Positions 24,316 to 34,500 are shown, counted from the stretch's first letter. The stretch is 64,000 bases of DNA from Actinomycetota bacterium (GCA_947450545.1 CANFVU010000002.1:15266-79265); one strand, 5' to 3'. The notes: a model not told the origin generated them from the letters alone. Made by a program: numbers and translations.

Positions 24316-25959
24316 TTACTTTTCGAGAACTGCTTTTGCGAGCAATTCGGCTTCTTCAGCGCTCATTGCATTCACTGCTTGGTTAGCTGCCTCGACACAT
24401 TGTGCGAAATCCACAGTCGAGAGGAATCCACGGACTTCCGAGACTGCGCTTGGTGCCATGGAAAGTGAATTCACGCCTAGCCCCAACAAAACCGCTGCAA
24501 GGTATGGGTTTGCTGCTGATTCTCCGCACACACCTGTCGACTTATTGAGCGTCTTGGCGCTGTTGCACGCAATCTGAATCGTGCGCAAAACTGCTGGATG
24601 CCACGTAGTTGTCATATCCGATAATCGTGAATCTAGACGATCTGATGCCATGACATATTGAGTGAGGTCATTTGTGCCGAAAGATCCAAAGTTCACTTCA
24701 GCCAAAACTTTATCTGCATGTAAAGCTGCTGCAGGAGTTTCAATCATTACTCCCACTTTTTTAATTCCAACAGCGCGAGCACGTGTAGCAAAATCTTGTG
24801 CTTCTGCTGGAGTATTGATCATTGGAGCCATCACCCACAGATCGATATCAATTCCTTTTGCTGCTTCAGCAATCGCTTCGAGCTGGCGGCTTAATACATC
24901 GTTGCTGGTACGTGTAAGGCGCCAACCGCGAACTCCTAGCGCTGGGTTCTCTTCGTGTATTGCATTGATGTAAGGAACTGGCTTATCGCTACCTGCATCA
25001 AGTGTGCGAACTACAACGCGCAAACCTTTCATTGGTTCAAAAACGCTCTTGTACATAGCAACTTGCTCAGCAACAGTGGGTTCAGTCTGACTATCAAGGA
25101 AGAGAAGTTCGGTGCGGAAAAGACCAATTCCTTCAGTTCCTACAGAGGCTGCAGCAAGTGCTCCTGCTGCATCACCGGCATTGGCAAGAAGAGTGACGTG
25201 CGTTCCATCTTTCAATCGACCGGGGCCAACCACTGCAGCAGCTCGCGCACGCAAAGCTTCTTCGCGATGTTGGCGTGATTCAATATCGGAATCAGTCGGG
25301 TTGAGATAGACCTTTCCTTCGCGGCCATCAACGAGCAGCGTGGTTCCTTCTTCTAAATCTAGGATGCCCGCGCATCCAACAATAGCTGGGATACCAAGAC
25401 CACGCGCCACAATTGCTGTGTGAGAGGTAGGACCGCCTTTTTCGACAACGAGAGCAAGAGCGAATTGAAGATTGAGTTGGGCTGTATCAGATGGTGTGAG
25501 ATCTTCAGCCACAATGATGCTTGGAGCAGTTAATACCAGCGCTTCTTGTTCAGTGCCTGAAAGTTTTGCAAGTAAACGATTCATGATCTCATCGAGATCA
25601 GCAGTACGTTCAGCAAAATAGCCGCCAAGCGCAGTCAGCGCAGCTTTAAATCCGCTAAATGAATCGGTGACGTGTGGGCGAACATCTGGATAGGTGATGT
25701 CATCAGTAAGTCGAGCACCGATTGCTTCGACAAGAGCAGGGTCGCCGGCCATCATGGCTTGAGCGCCTAAAACATCTTTAGCTATATCTAATTCGATGTG
25801 ATGCGCAGCATTTTCTAAATCAGCTGCGACTTTTTCGAGTGCGTTAAAAACTTCGCGAGGCGTTGCAGCAATCGGTTCATCTGAAGTTACTTGGACTATT
25901 CGACGAATAGGACCAACTGCAACTCCAGGTGATACACCGATTCCGGCAAGGTTATTCAT
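24316..25959 (-). CDS. ptsI: Phosphoenolpyruvate-protein phosphotransferase (PTS Enzyme I)
   Basis: GGPTSHTAIVARGLGIPA (active His) and the PEP-utilising TIM-barrel block are present. I prefer the start MNNLAGIGVSPG (25959), which overlaps the ptsH stop by 8 nt. The track ORF extends to 25977. Confidence 0.9.
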   Translation of the reverse strand: MNNLAGIGVSPGVAVGPIRRIVQVTSDEPIAATPREVFNALEKVAADLENAAHHIELDIAKDVLGAQAMMAGDPALVEAIGARLTDDITYPDVRPHVTDSFSGFKAALTALGGYFAERTADLDEIMNRLLAKLSGTEQEALVLTAPSIIVAEDLTPSDTAQLNLQFALALVVEKGGPTSHTAIVARGLGIPAIVGCAGILDLEEGTTLLVDGREGKVYLNPTDSDIESRQHREEALRARAAAVVGPGRLKDGTHVTLLANAGDAAGALAAASVGTEGIGLFRTELLFLDSQTEPTVAEQVAMYKSVFEPMKGLRVVVRTLDAGSDKPVPYINAIHEENPALGVRGWRLTRTSNDVLSRQLEAIAEAAKGIDIDLWVMAPMINTPAEAQDFATRARAVGIKKVGVMIETPAAALHADKVLAEVNFGSFGTNDLTQYVMASDRLDSRLSDMTTTWHPAVLRTIQIACNSAKTLNKSTGVCGESAANPYLAAVLLGLGVNSLSMAPSAVSEVRGFLSTVDFAQCVEAANQAVNAMSAEEAELLAKAVLEK

Positions 25960-26221
25960 CGTGGTCAGTTGCCACAATCTCTACGAGTTGAGCTAAAACA
26001 GAGTCAGAGTTATCTCCGTCAGCAACGGTGATTTCAACGGAGTCGCCATTCTTTACTCCAAGAGCAAGAACCGAGAGAAGAGATGCAGCATTTACTGCTT
26101 TCTCTCCTGGCTTACCAACTGTTACAGAGAGGCCAGATCCACCAGCAGCTTTTACGAGTAACGATGCAGGACGAGCATGAAGACCAACTTTGCTACCTAC
26201 AACAACTGTCTGACTTGGCAT
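25952..26221 (-). CDS. ptsH: Phosphocarrier protein HPr
   Basis: 89 aa with the GLHARPA His15 motif. Confidence 0.9.
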   Translation of the reverse strand: MPSQTVVVGSKVGLHARPASLLVKAAGGSGLSVTVGKPGEKAVNAASLLSVLALGVKNGDSVEITVADGDNSDSVLAQLVEIVATDHDE

Positions 26222-26287
26222 TAAAACTCCTAGAAGATAAAAGGTTCTGGACGAGTACGGTTGAATCCTAATAATTCCTTGCGAGTA

Positions 26288-26325
26288 ATGAAAATCGAGC
26301 CCCAGGTTGTCCTGGAGCTCGATTT
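26288..26325 (-). terminator. Rho-independent terminator between PTS IIC and ptsH
   Basis: The minus-strand RNA is AAAUCGAGCUCCAGG-ACAA-CCUGGGGCUCGAUUU. This gives a 15-bp stem with one G-U pair, running into UUUUCAUU. Confidence 0.7.
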
Positions 26326-26346
26326 ATCAACGCTAATCGACAGTAA

Positions 26347-27435
26347 TTAGTCGACCTTTGCGCCGCCCATGCTCTTAGCAGCGATGACGCAGACTGCTGA
26401 AACAACAGTTCCTACGGCAATTGCCAAGACATAAGTAGCTACGCCACCAACAAGTCCGAATACCCAGATTCCACCATGTGGAGCGCGGAGGGTATTTCCG
26501 AATGCTTCAACCAATGCACCGGTTACAGCAGAACCGATCATGATTGATGGGATGACGCGGATTGGGTCAGCAGCAGCGAATGGGATAGCGCCTTCAGTAA
26601 TGAAGGAAGCACCAAGAACCCAAGCAGCCTTACCGTTTTCACGCTCTGACTCTGTGAAGAGGTTTTTGCGAACAACGGTTGCTAGAGCAAGACCTAGTGG
26701 AGGAACCATTCCAGCTGCCATAACTGCAGCCATAACTGTCCATTCCTTTGCATCTGTTGCGCCTGCTGCAACGTTTGCAAGACCACCGGTTGCGAATGTG
26801 TATGCAACTTTGTTAACAGGTCCGCCCATATCGAATGCCATCATCAAACCAAGGACGATGCCAAGAACGATTGCTGAACCAGTTCCCATTGTTGCCAACC
26901 AGCTTGTAAGACTCTTGTTAAGAGATGCAACTGGCTTGCCGACCACGTAAAGCATTACGAAACCAATAATGATTGTTGTAACGAGGGGAGTCACGACGAT
27001 AGGCATGATGCTACGGATAGCACCCGGTACGTTCTGATCAGAGATCCACTTTGCAATAAGACCTGCAAGAAGACCGCCGACGAGACCGCCGAGGTAACCA
27101 GCGCCCATGGCACCGGAGATTGCACCTGCTGCGAAGCCTGGTGCGATACCTGGACGATCAGCAATTGCGAATGCGATGAAGCCTGCAAGAACTGGTACCA
27201 AGAATCCGAACAAGGTAGCGCCGAGTCGGAAGATAAGTGCTGGAATATTGTTGTCAGCTAGTGCCTGATCAAGGCTTGGCTTAACAACATCTACTGGGTC
27301 ATGAAGCATGAAGCCAATAGCGATCAAAATACCGCCGGCTGCGACGAATGGAATCATGTAACTGACACCAGTCATCAACCAACGACGTACGTTAGAAGCA
27401 GAACTCACTGAAGTTCCTTCCTGTATACAGGCCAC
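26347..27435 (-). CDS. PTS fructose-family transporter subunit IIC
   Basis: 362 aa, about 9-10 TM segments. SYMIPFVAAGGILIA and the glycine-rich IIC pattern are present. Confidence 0.85.
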   Translation of the reverse strand: MACIQEGTSVSSASNVRRWLMTGVSYMIPFVAAGGILIAIGFMLHDPVDVVKPSLDQALADNNIPALIFRLGATLFGFLVPVLAGFIAFAIADRPGIAPGFAAGAISGAMGAGYLGGLVGGLLAGLIAKWISDQNVPGAIRSIMPIVVTPLVTTIIIGFVMLYVVGKPVASLNKSLTSWLATMGTGSAIVLGIVLGLMMAFDMGGPVNKVAYTFATGGLANVAAGATDAKEWTVMAAVMAAGMVPPLGLALATVVRKNLFTESERENGKAAWVLGASFITEGAIPFAAADPIRVIPSIMIGSAVTGALVEAFGNTLRAPHGGIWVFGLVGGVATYVLAIAVGTVVSAVCVIAAKSMGGAKVD

Positions 27436-27522
27436 TCACAACCATTGCGAGTGGGAGGTATTTCTCGATATTCAGTTGTTTTTCTTTCTTGGGGGCGCGC
27501 CACCAAGAAACCTAGTGTGGGT

Positions 27523-27831
27523 TTACTTACCCGCTAACTCCACCGCTTCCTCAATCAATTTCTTTGCATCTTTGATTGCTGTCTTTGGAATGGTCTGGAG
27601 AATCTTGCAACCATCGAAACGATCAAGGTCACGAATTCCGACATCATTCGCGAAGATCACAACATCTGCTGAATCAATAACATCTTTAGAAAGAGGCTTA
27701 TAGCCACCAGCGCCCTGAGTTTCGATGATCATTTCATGGCCTGCTGCCTTTCCTGCACGAGAAAGGGACTCTGCTGCCATATATGTGTGCGCGATACCTG
27801 TTGCGCAACTTGTTACTGCGATGATCTTCAT
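27523..27831 (-). CDS. PTS fructose-family subunit IIB
   Basis: 102 aa. The N-terminus MKIIAVTSCATGIAHTYMAAE carries the active-site Cys. Confidence 0.85.
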   Translation of the reverse strand: MKIIAVTSCATGIAHTYMAAESLSRAGKAAGHEMIIETQGAGGYKPLSKDVIDSADVVIFANDVGIRDLDRFDGCKILQTIPKTAIKDAKKLIEEAVELAGK

Positions 27832-28265
27832 TCGTTTCCGCTTTCTAGTAGTTGAACCAAGGTTGCTGCATCATTCGTTGTGCGAAGTGCTGCTGTGAAA
27901 TCTGGATCCATAAGTCGACGAGCAAGTCCAGAGAGAATTTGAATGTGCTCATCCCCCGCATCATTCGGAACAAGAATCATGAAGAGAATTTCTGCTGGGC
28001 CTTCACTCTCATCAAAGAGGACGCCGTTGGTGCGAGCAATTGCAACGGATGATTGAGTGACGCCTGCACTACGTGCATGTGGAATTGCAACGCCATCCAC
28101 TTGTGGCGTTCCCATCGCATCACGAGCGAGGACATCTGCAGTAATTTGCGCTGCATCGATTCCGCGGCCAGCTTTCACAACCATAGCTGCGAGCTTTGAA
28201 ATTGCATCTTTTTTATCTGTGGCTGTTAAGTTGAAATCAATCAACTCTGTTGAAAATACTGACAT
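27828..28265 (-). CDS. PTS subunit IIA (fructose/mannitol type)
   Basis: 145 aa with the GVAIPHARS phosphorylation-site His motif. Confidence 0.85.
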   Translation of the reverse strand: MSVFSTELIDFNLTATDKKDAISKLAAMVVKAGRGIDAAQITADVLARDAMGTPQVDGVAIPHARSAGVTQSSVAIARTNGVLFDESEGPAEILFMILVPNDAGDEHIQILSGLARRLMDPDFTAALRTTNDAATLVQLLESGNE

Positions 28266-29206
28266 TAATGAACCTCCGCGAGTTCTCGTAAAGCTGGAGG
28301 TGTCGTGCTCTCTTTAACCCCAACAGCAGCAGCCTGAGCTTTAGTTGGAATGGCTGTACCTTCCAACGGGACAGATGCTGCAGACCAAGCAATTGCATCC
28401 TTGAGGGCGCTCGGTTGAGCACCACCACCTAAATAGATTGCGAGCAAAATATCTCCCGCACCAACGGGAGTTCCTTGTGCGACGTGTTCTGGCTCACAAT
28501 GAACAACGCCTTGAGGTGAAATCAAAACTGCTCCATCAACTCCCAAACTACAGAGAACTTGACCTATGCCGAGCTCAATAACCTCATGTGCAGCATCAAT
28601 CACACTATCGAGAGTTAAAAGTTCGCGGCCAACTAGCTCGCCGAGTTCAAATTGATTAGGTTTGATGAGATCGGGCTTCATCGACATCGCTGCCTTAAAT
28701 TCAGGACCGCTTCCATCCATTGCAATTTTGGCGCCGAGTGAGCGGGCATATTCAGCTAAATCTTTATAAGTATTAACGTCTGCACCCGGGTTGAGTCGAC
28801 CTGCAAAGAGAACCCATGCTCCCTTGAGGTCAAGTGCAGCGAGCGCACTTCGAACTTCACTCACGATCTTTTGTGTGAGTTCAAAACCAGGTTCATTAAA
28901 TTTAGTTACAGCGCCACGTGAATCGACGACAGTTACATTGCTTCGCGTTATGCCATCCGCTTTGATAACCGAATGAGCGATACCTAATTTAGTGAGCGAT
29001 GAAGCAAACCAGGTATCTCCTAAATCTCCGCAGACGAGAACTGCATGAGTCTTTGCACCGAATGAAGCAAGTGCTCGAGATACGTTGACACCTTTGCCGC
29101 CTGGATCAACAGCGATGAGCTGAGCACGATTGATGGAGCCGACCTCGACCTGTGGGACGGAAATGGTCCGATCCACGGATGGGTTGAGCGTCACGGTAAC
29201 AATCAC
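28265..29206 (-). CDS. fruK: 1-phosphofructokinase (PfkB family)
   Basis: 313 aa. MIVTVTLNPSVDRT, DPGGKGVNVS and the C-terminal GAGD motif are present. It is the first gene of the fructose PTS operon. Confidence 0.85.
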   Translation of the reverse strand: MIVTVTLNPSVDRTISVPQVEVGSINRAQLIAVDPGGKGVNVSRALASFGAKTHAVLVCGDLGDTWFASSLTKLGIAHSVIKADGITRSNVTVVDSRGAVTKFNEPGFELTQKIVSEVRSALAALDLKGAWVLFAGRLNPGADVNTYKDLAEYARSLGAKIAMDGSGPEFKAAMSMKPDLIKPNQFELGELVGRELLTLDSVIDAAHEVIELGIGQVLCSLGVDGAVLISPQGVVHCEPEHVAQGTPVGAGDILLAIYLGGGAQPSALKDAIAWSAASVPLEGTAIPTKAQAAAVGVKESTTPPALRELAEVH

Positions 29207-29319
29207 GGATTAATGGTCGCGTGAATTGCACCCCTTTGTCAGTTATAAGGGGGTCAATTTTCAGAAATTTTCAGAAAAATCCCGCGTAATTCCGCGTACT
29301 GGGGAGTATTTGAAGCGTC

Positions 29320-30738
29320 TTACAAAGTGCCAGCGATGAAGTCGACAGCTTGTGCTGCACTCCACCCATCAGCATATGCCGCCGCTAATTCACGGCAACC
29401 ATCGACATCAGAACCTAGCGTCACAATTGGCGCTTCGTCATAACCGTCACGACGATGTTGACCTAAACCGATATTTGAAAAGAGTCCATTACACAAACAC
29501 TTGCGCCCGACCGTCTCTTCCATCGTGCCATCTTTTTTCAGATACGGCTTTTCAGGTTCACTTGGACAACGATAATCAACGCGACCACTCTTCAACATAA
29601 TTGGTTCGCGCAGATATCCCATGTCACACAACTTTGGACGAGCTGCGAAAACATCTGGCATAGCCGTTGTGCCAGGCAAGCTGACGATTTTGATTGGAAA
29701 GCCCGTTGGTGAAGCTTTCATATCGGTATGAATCTCAAATGAGCCGTCGCGCAGAGAATCGATGATTTGTTGGCGAATTTCATGGGTAAATCCAGAGTCA
29801 TTGCATAGTGCGAAGAGAGTTCCGACTTGAACGCCAGCAGCACCAAGAGCAAGTGCATCTTTGAGTTTACCTCGTGCACCAAATCCTCCAGCGAGCCAAT
29901 ATGGATAACCATACTTTTGCATTTTCTCGAGGTTTGCAAGATCACGTGGACCATAAATAGGTTCATTATCTGCATCGAATTCAATTTTGCCGCGAGGCGG
30001 AGCGTTGTGCCCACCAGCAGACGGACCTTCAATGATGAAACCATCTGGGCGGCTTGATTCATCGCGTGCAAGATATGCAGCGAGAATATCGCTAATGATA
30101 ATTGCAAGGAACATTGGGCGAACAAATTCAAATTTTGTTACATCAATAAAATCTGCTGGATCGATGGTGATGCGCTGTGCATCTCCATTCACGATATCAA
30201 TGGTGATGTAACTTGCTTTCTTCTGTGCAATATCTGTGATGTAGCGCGGAATTTCGCGTGGGATACCAGCGCCCATGATTACGTAATCTACTTTTGCAAT
30301 CATTGCGCCGAGGATTCCTGCAGCAGAACCCATCTGGATTTTTTCGAGGAAGTTAATGCCTACAGGGCCATCGTGGGCTTCTTTTGCAAGCCATACTTCA
30401 ACGAATGCACCAAGAATCAAGAGATCATTTGAATGTCGCGAAGCATCAATCAATAACTTCGGAGCATTGGAATATGAAATATCGGCAGCTTTGCCGCCTT
30501 CAATAAAATACTTATCAACGATGTGTTGTGCAGTTTCTTGATTCGGGAATGCAGCTAATGCGCGGCGTACGTGCCCACCTTTATCGCCACTTTCAAGTCG
30601 ACGAATCAGAACCGCATCGATTGCTGTTCCTGAAACAACACCCATGCCGCCATGTTGTGAAACAGCTTTTGCTAGCTCCCAATTGGAAACAGCAACGCCC
30701 ATGCCACCTTGAATGATCTGAGGCAGCATTTTGGTCAT
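29320..30738 (-). CDS. Nitronate monooxygenase / FMN-dependent enoyl-reductase-like protein
   Basis: 472 aa. The N-terminus IIQGGMGVAVSNWELAKAVS and the GGFG / AAGVQVGT blocks indicate the NMO family. Confidence 0.7.
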   Translation of the reverse strand: MTKMLPQIIQGGMGVAVSNWELAKAVSQHGGMGVVSGTAIDAVLIRRLESGDKGGHVRRALAAFPNQETAQHIVDKYFIEGGKAADISYSNAPKLLIDASRHSNDLLILGAFVEVWLAKEAHDGPVGINFLEKIQMGSAAGILGAMIAKVDYVIMGAGIPREIPRYITDIAQKKASYITIDIVNGDAQRITIDPADFIDVTKFEFVRPMFLAIIISDILAAYLARDESSRPDGFIIEGPSAGGHNAPPRGKIEFDADNEPIYGPRDLANLEKMQKYGYPYWLAGGFGARGKLKDALALGAAGVQVGTLFALCNDSGFTHEIRQQIIDSLRDGSFEIHTDMKASPTGFPIKIVSLPGTTAMPDVFAARPKLCDMGYLREPIMLKSGRVDYRCPSEPEKPYLKKDGTMEETVGRKCLCNGLFSNIGLGQHRRDGYDEAPIVTLGSDVDGCRELAAAYADGWSAAQAVDFIAGTL

Positions 30739-30820
30739 AAGCGCAATTCTGACTTAGAAAGGCCGTACCCACGAGTACCAACTCTCATCGATGGAGATAT
30801 ATGGCCTCTAGAATGAAGGT

Positions 30821-31408
30821 ATGAGTAAATATGTTGAGACCCACATTGAAATCGCATTTGAAAACCGCAACCGCCAAACTGTTCTCTTTCGCTGGATCCT
30901 TGCAGCTCCTGCAGTTGTCTTCGTCGCACTCTTCGCCCAGATGTCCCATTGGGGAATCTCCTCAGTTTTGATAGTCGCCCCTGTTGCACTCACTTTGCTC
31001 GTCCGAGGTGTCTACCCAAGTTATGCGCTCTCTTTCAATCATGCGATTCTTGAACTCTCCACACGTATCGGTGCTTACGCGTTATTGCTCACCGATGATT
31101 ACCCTTCCATAGAACGCAATCCAAAAATCGCAGTTATTTTCCCTGATGTAGAAGGTGGCAAGAAACTCAGCCGCGTTCTTCCACTCGTGAAGTGGCTCTT
31201 TGCCATTCCGCTCTACATCGTTGGGGCGATTTACTTGTTGCTCTCAGCTGTTGTCACAATTTTTGCATGGATCTCAACTGCTGCAAGCGGTACCTATCCT
31301 GATTGGGCAGCAAATATTGTTATCGGGACAATTCAATATTGGAACCGCGTATACGGTTATTCAGTCGCACTCGTGAGTGACGACTACCCACCATTTACTT
31401 TGAAGTAG
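30821..31408 (+). CDS. DUF4389-like membrane protein
   Basis: 195 aa. NRQTVLFRWILAAPAVVFV and the C-terminal SGTYPDW...DDYPPFTL pattern are present. Confidence 0.6.
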   Translation: MSKYVETHIEIAFENRNRQTVLFRWILAAPAVVFVALFAQMSHWGISSVLIVAPVALTLLVRGVYPSYALSFNHAILELSTRIGAYALLLTDDYPSIERNPKIAVIFPDVEGGKKLSRVLPLVKWLFAIPLYIVGAIYLLLSAVVTIFAWISTAASGTYPDWAANIVIGTIQYWNRVYGYSVALVSDDYPPFTLK

Positions 31409-32873
31409 GCGCAGGAAAAGTCAGAATGGCTTGAGTTTCATTTCCAACTCGAGCTAACTTAATCTGTCCCTTAAGTTCGTTCTCTGTGAGAGTTCGAACA
31501 ATTTGCAAACCTAAATTTGATGATCCTTCATAGGTAAATCCATCGGGTAAGCCAATGCCGTTGTCGATGACTTTCACGGTCACAATCGCATCTGTACTGG
31601 TGACTTCAACATGTAACAAATCTCCAGACTTTGCCAATCCATGCTCCAGCGAATTGTGAATGAGCTCGGTAATCACAAGAGCAAGTGGTGTTGCTTGTTG
31701 AGCGCCGAAAACTCCAAATTCACCGGTCTTGCGGTGCTGAACTGGTCGCTCGCTCAGCTCAATCGCATTACGAATAATGCGGTCGTATACCTCATCAAAG
31801 AGCACAGTCTCTGCTGAGCTGGTCGACAACGTTTCATGCACAATGGCAATCGAAGCCACGCGGCGAACCGCTTCAGCAAGAGCTTGGGAAGCTTCAGGGT
31901 CATCAACTCTGCGAGATTGCAAGCGCAATAACGCCGAAACTGTTTGGAGGTTGTTCTTTACGCGGTGATGGATTTCGCGGATAGTTGCATCTTTCGTTAA
32001 GAGCGCGCGATCTCGGCGGCGAAGTTCGGTGACATCACGAATTAGAACAATTGCTCCAATTCGATCAGAACCTTCGATAAGCGGCATAACAAGCAAATCA
32101 AGAATCGCTCTGCCGTTATCTAAATCTGTTCTACGCAAACTCTTGCCGCTAAATATTGTGGACCACGTTTCATCGGTTGCTTCACCGTCATGAATCGCAA
32201 TCGCTTCTAATACATTTCCAAAAATATGGTCTTCGAGTTCTGCATCCCAGCCTGCTCGACTCATGGCTGAGCGAGCATTAGGACTTGCATAAATGATGGA
32301 TGCGTTGGGATCAAGACGAATCAATCCATCGCCAACACGCGGAGCAGATTCAGCGCGGTAGATACTGTTTTGAATCGGAAATGTTCCTTCAGAGATCATT
32401 CGATAAATCTTGTGAGCAATTTCGCGATAGTTAATCTCAAGACGTGAAGCAGATCGCATTTGTACTGCATCACGATGTCGAGAAATAACAGCGATAATGT
32501 GGCCATTGAAAAGAACAGGGACTGTCTCTTCTTTAATGAGAAGATCGCCTACTTGTTCAGGCTCGGTGTCACGAACAATTTCACCTTGAGATAAAGCTTG
32601 ATCCAGTCGCGGATTATCGCCCCAATTGAGCTCTTCACCAATCACGTCATATGCAAAAACCGTTGCAGCAGTTGTTGGGCGAATATGAGCTGTAGCGATA
32701 AAACCTTCAGGCCAGCTCTGGTAATCCTTGCGCTTTGGAATCCACAAAATGAGATCTGCAAAGGAGAGATCAGAAAGAAGTTGCCACTCCGCAATCAATT
32801 CCGAGAGGCGGTCTTTATCTTCAGCGGTCAGAGCAGTATGCGCATAGGCGCTTTCCACTCGTGAGGTCGACAT
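31395..32873 (-). CDS. pdtaS: Cytoplasmic sensor histidine kinase PdtaS-like (GAF/PAS + HisKA_2 + HATPase)
   Basis: 492 aa with no TM segment. The H-box is EIHHRVKNNLQTVSALLRLQ and the ATPase block is VKVIDNGIGLP. Its position near secA matches the situation in other actinobacteria. Confidence 0.75.
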   Translation of the reverse strand: MSTSRVESAYAHTALTAEDKDRLSELIAEWQLLSDLSFADLILWIPKRKDYQSWPEGFIATAHIRPTTAATVFAYDVIGEELNWGDNPRLDQALSQGEIVRDTEPEQVGDLLIKEETVPVLFNGHIIAVISRHRDAVQMRSASRLEINYREIAHKIYRMISEGTFPIQNSIYRAESAPRVGDGLIRLDPNASIIYASPNARSAMSRAGWDAELEDHIFGNVLEAIAIHDGEATDETWSTIFSGKSLRRTDLDNGRAILDLLVMPLIEGSDRIGAIVLIRDVTELRRRDRALLTKDATIREIHHRVKNNLQTVSALLRLQSRRVDDPEASQALAEAVRRVASIAIVHETLSTSSAETVLFDEVYDRIIRNAIELSERPVQHRKTGEFGVFGAQQATPLALVITELIHNSLEHGLAKSGDLLHVEVTSTDAIVTVKVIDNGIGLPDGFTYEGSSNLGLQIVRTLTENELKGQIKLARVGNETQAILTFPAPTSK

Positions 32874-32903
32874 TGACCGCCCTTTCTATCCATTCTCTAC
32901 ATG

Positions 32904-33914
32904 TTAGAGAAGTGAGGCAGCGATACTACCAATCTCTTTCTTTCCCTTGCCGCCTCCTGAAAGCCAAGCGTTAACTGCTCCTGAAGCGGCAGGACGAAGT
33001 GCGGATTCCGGCAATTGATACTGCTTCTCCCCCGAGACTAAGCGATTGAAAGCAGATTGGGCGTCACGCAACTCTTTCGATCCGCCCTTTGATATGCAGA
33101 CATAAGTAGGAGCCACTTTCTTCATCAAGATTGGAAACTCCTTAATAAATTGATCGAGCTGCATCAAACTCGACTTTGTTGTCTGGCAAACGTACACGAG
33201 TGAAGTAGCCACATCGAAAATATTATTGCGCAAAATAGCTTGCCATCGTCTGTCATTTACAACTTCCCCTAGCGAAGGCAAGACGCCGACATCCACAATA
33301 AGCAGCTCCTTTGAATCTGTGTCGGGAAGTTGGGTCGGCTTATCACTAACAGCGAGAGAGACGACTGTGAAATCCTGAGGCTGAAGATAATGATCGAGCG
33401 GAATACTTCTGAAATCAGCATCGACGTAGGTCACTTTTCGAGATGTGCTGAGCTCATTTGCCAACTCGCAGCCCAAGAGAGTTATTCCAGGTGCACCCGA
33501 GCTTCCGGTCACAATGATTACTTTTCTAGCGCTCTCCTTAATTTTCGGAGAATTCTCCTGAGATACGATTTTTGAACCACCAGTGTGCACCAAGGGAATT
33601 CGAAGCTGTCCCCTCACTTTTTGCATAATTTCATGAGCAGTCGCGGAGATGCCATCAAGTGAAATGAAAGTAAGCGTAGGACTAGAAAGTTCATCCAGGA
33701 GTTTGAGTGAGAACTCCGGTAAATCCGCTGTGTAAACAATAACGGTGCGAAGCTCAAGTGAGCGCGAACTCATGAATTCTTGTAATGATGTGGCGCTGAA
33801 AGCTCTAAAAATTATGCTCCAGCCTTGCGTAAAGAGCAGTTGAGAAACATAGTCTTCAAGATCGGCATCTCCGATGGCGGTGATTACTTCAATTTGTGGA
33901 ATTTCAGAGCGCAT
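32904..33914 (-). CDS. CpaE/TadZ-like ParA/MinD-superfamily protein with lysine-less Walker A
   Basis: It has a receiver-like N-terminal half and then KVIIVTGSSGAPGITLLGCELANEL in place of KGGxGK(S/T). I prefer the start at MRSEIPQ (33914). The track ORF extends to 33980. Confidence 0.5.
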   Translation of the reverse strand: MRSEIPQIEVITAIGDADLEDYVSQLLFTQGWSIIFRAFSATSLQEFMSSRSLELRTVIVYTADLPEFSLKLLDELSSPTLTFISLDGISATAHEIMQKVRGQLRIPLVHTGGSKIVSQENSPKIKESARKVIIVTGSSGAPGITLLGCELANELSTSRKVTYVDADFRSIPLDHYLQPQDFTVVSLAVSDKPTQLPDTDSKELLIVDVGVLPSLGEVVNDRRWQAILRNNIFDVATSLVYVCQTTKSSLMQLDQFIKEFPILMKKVAPTYVCISKGGSKELRDAQSAFNRLVSGEKQYQLPESALRPAASGAVNAWLSGGGKGKKEIGSIAASLL

Positions 33915-34500
33915 CGCGTACCAACACAATCCGCCCCATCGAAATGGCGTCGGTAATTTGCAAGAGGGACTTTTCATCAACTCCCAATAAGACGTTTACT
34001 ACTCCACCCATATTCTGCGATTGTGTATCAATAGCAGCAACTCGCGCTTTGAGTATCACCAGCGTCGTGAGCGCTTTGGGATCCTTTACTGGAATTGAAT
34101 AGAGATCAACGCTCTCTCCGATACGTAAATTTGCAGGTAGATCACTTTTGGAGATACCAAGTGGAATCTCTTTGAGGCGGCTGGTCGGAGAATTCTTTGT
34201 CACTGCACTCACCGGAATGATTTCGCCTTGAGAAATATTTCTTGTCACAAAGCTCCCAATGAGTTTTGCTTTGCTTGAAAAATATTTGGGAGCTTGATTG
34301 CCCAGTGAAACTTTTACTGTTTCTAGATCGGAACTTTTTAACGCTGTTCCTGGTGAGAGTGAGTACTTTGCACTCCACATCGAAACTGAGGAATCGGCTT
34401 GTCCAGCAAGTCCAATAGCTGCAAAGAGAGAGATAAGGAGAATTCCAATTCCCAATATTTTTCGGGAATGTCTTTGAATGATTGATTGAATATCGGCCAT
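33904..34500 (-). CDS. SAF-domain (CpaB/RcpC-like) membrane-anchored protein
   Basis: The TM segment is ILGIGILLISLFAAIGLAG, followed by a SAF-like segment GTALKSSDLETVKV ... NISQGEIIPVSAV. I prefer the start at MADIQSI (34500). The track ORF extends to 34602. Confidence 0.55.
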   Translation of the reverse strand: MADIQSIIQRHSRKILGIGILLISLFAAIGLAGQADSSVSMWSAKYSLSPGTALKSSDLETVKVSLGNQAPKYFSSKAKLIGSFVTRNISQGEIIPVSAVTKNSPTSRLKEIPLGISKSDLPANLRIGESVDLYSIPVKDPKALTTLVILKARVAAIDTQSQNMGGVVNVLLGVDEKSLLQITDAISMGRIVLVRDAL

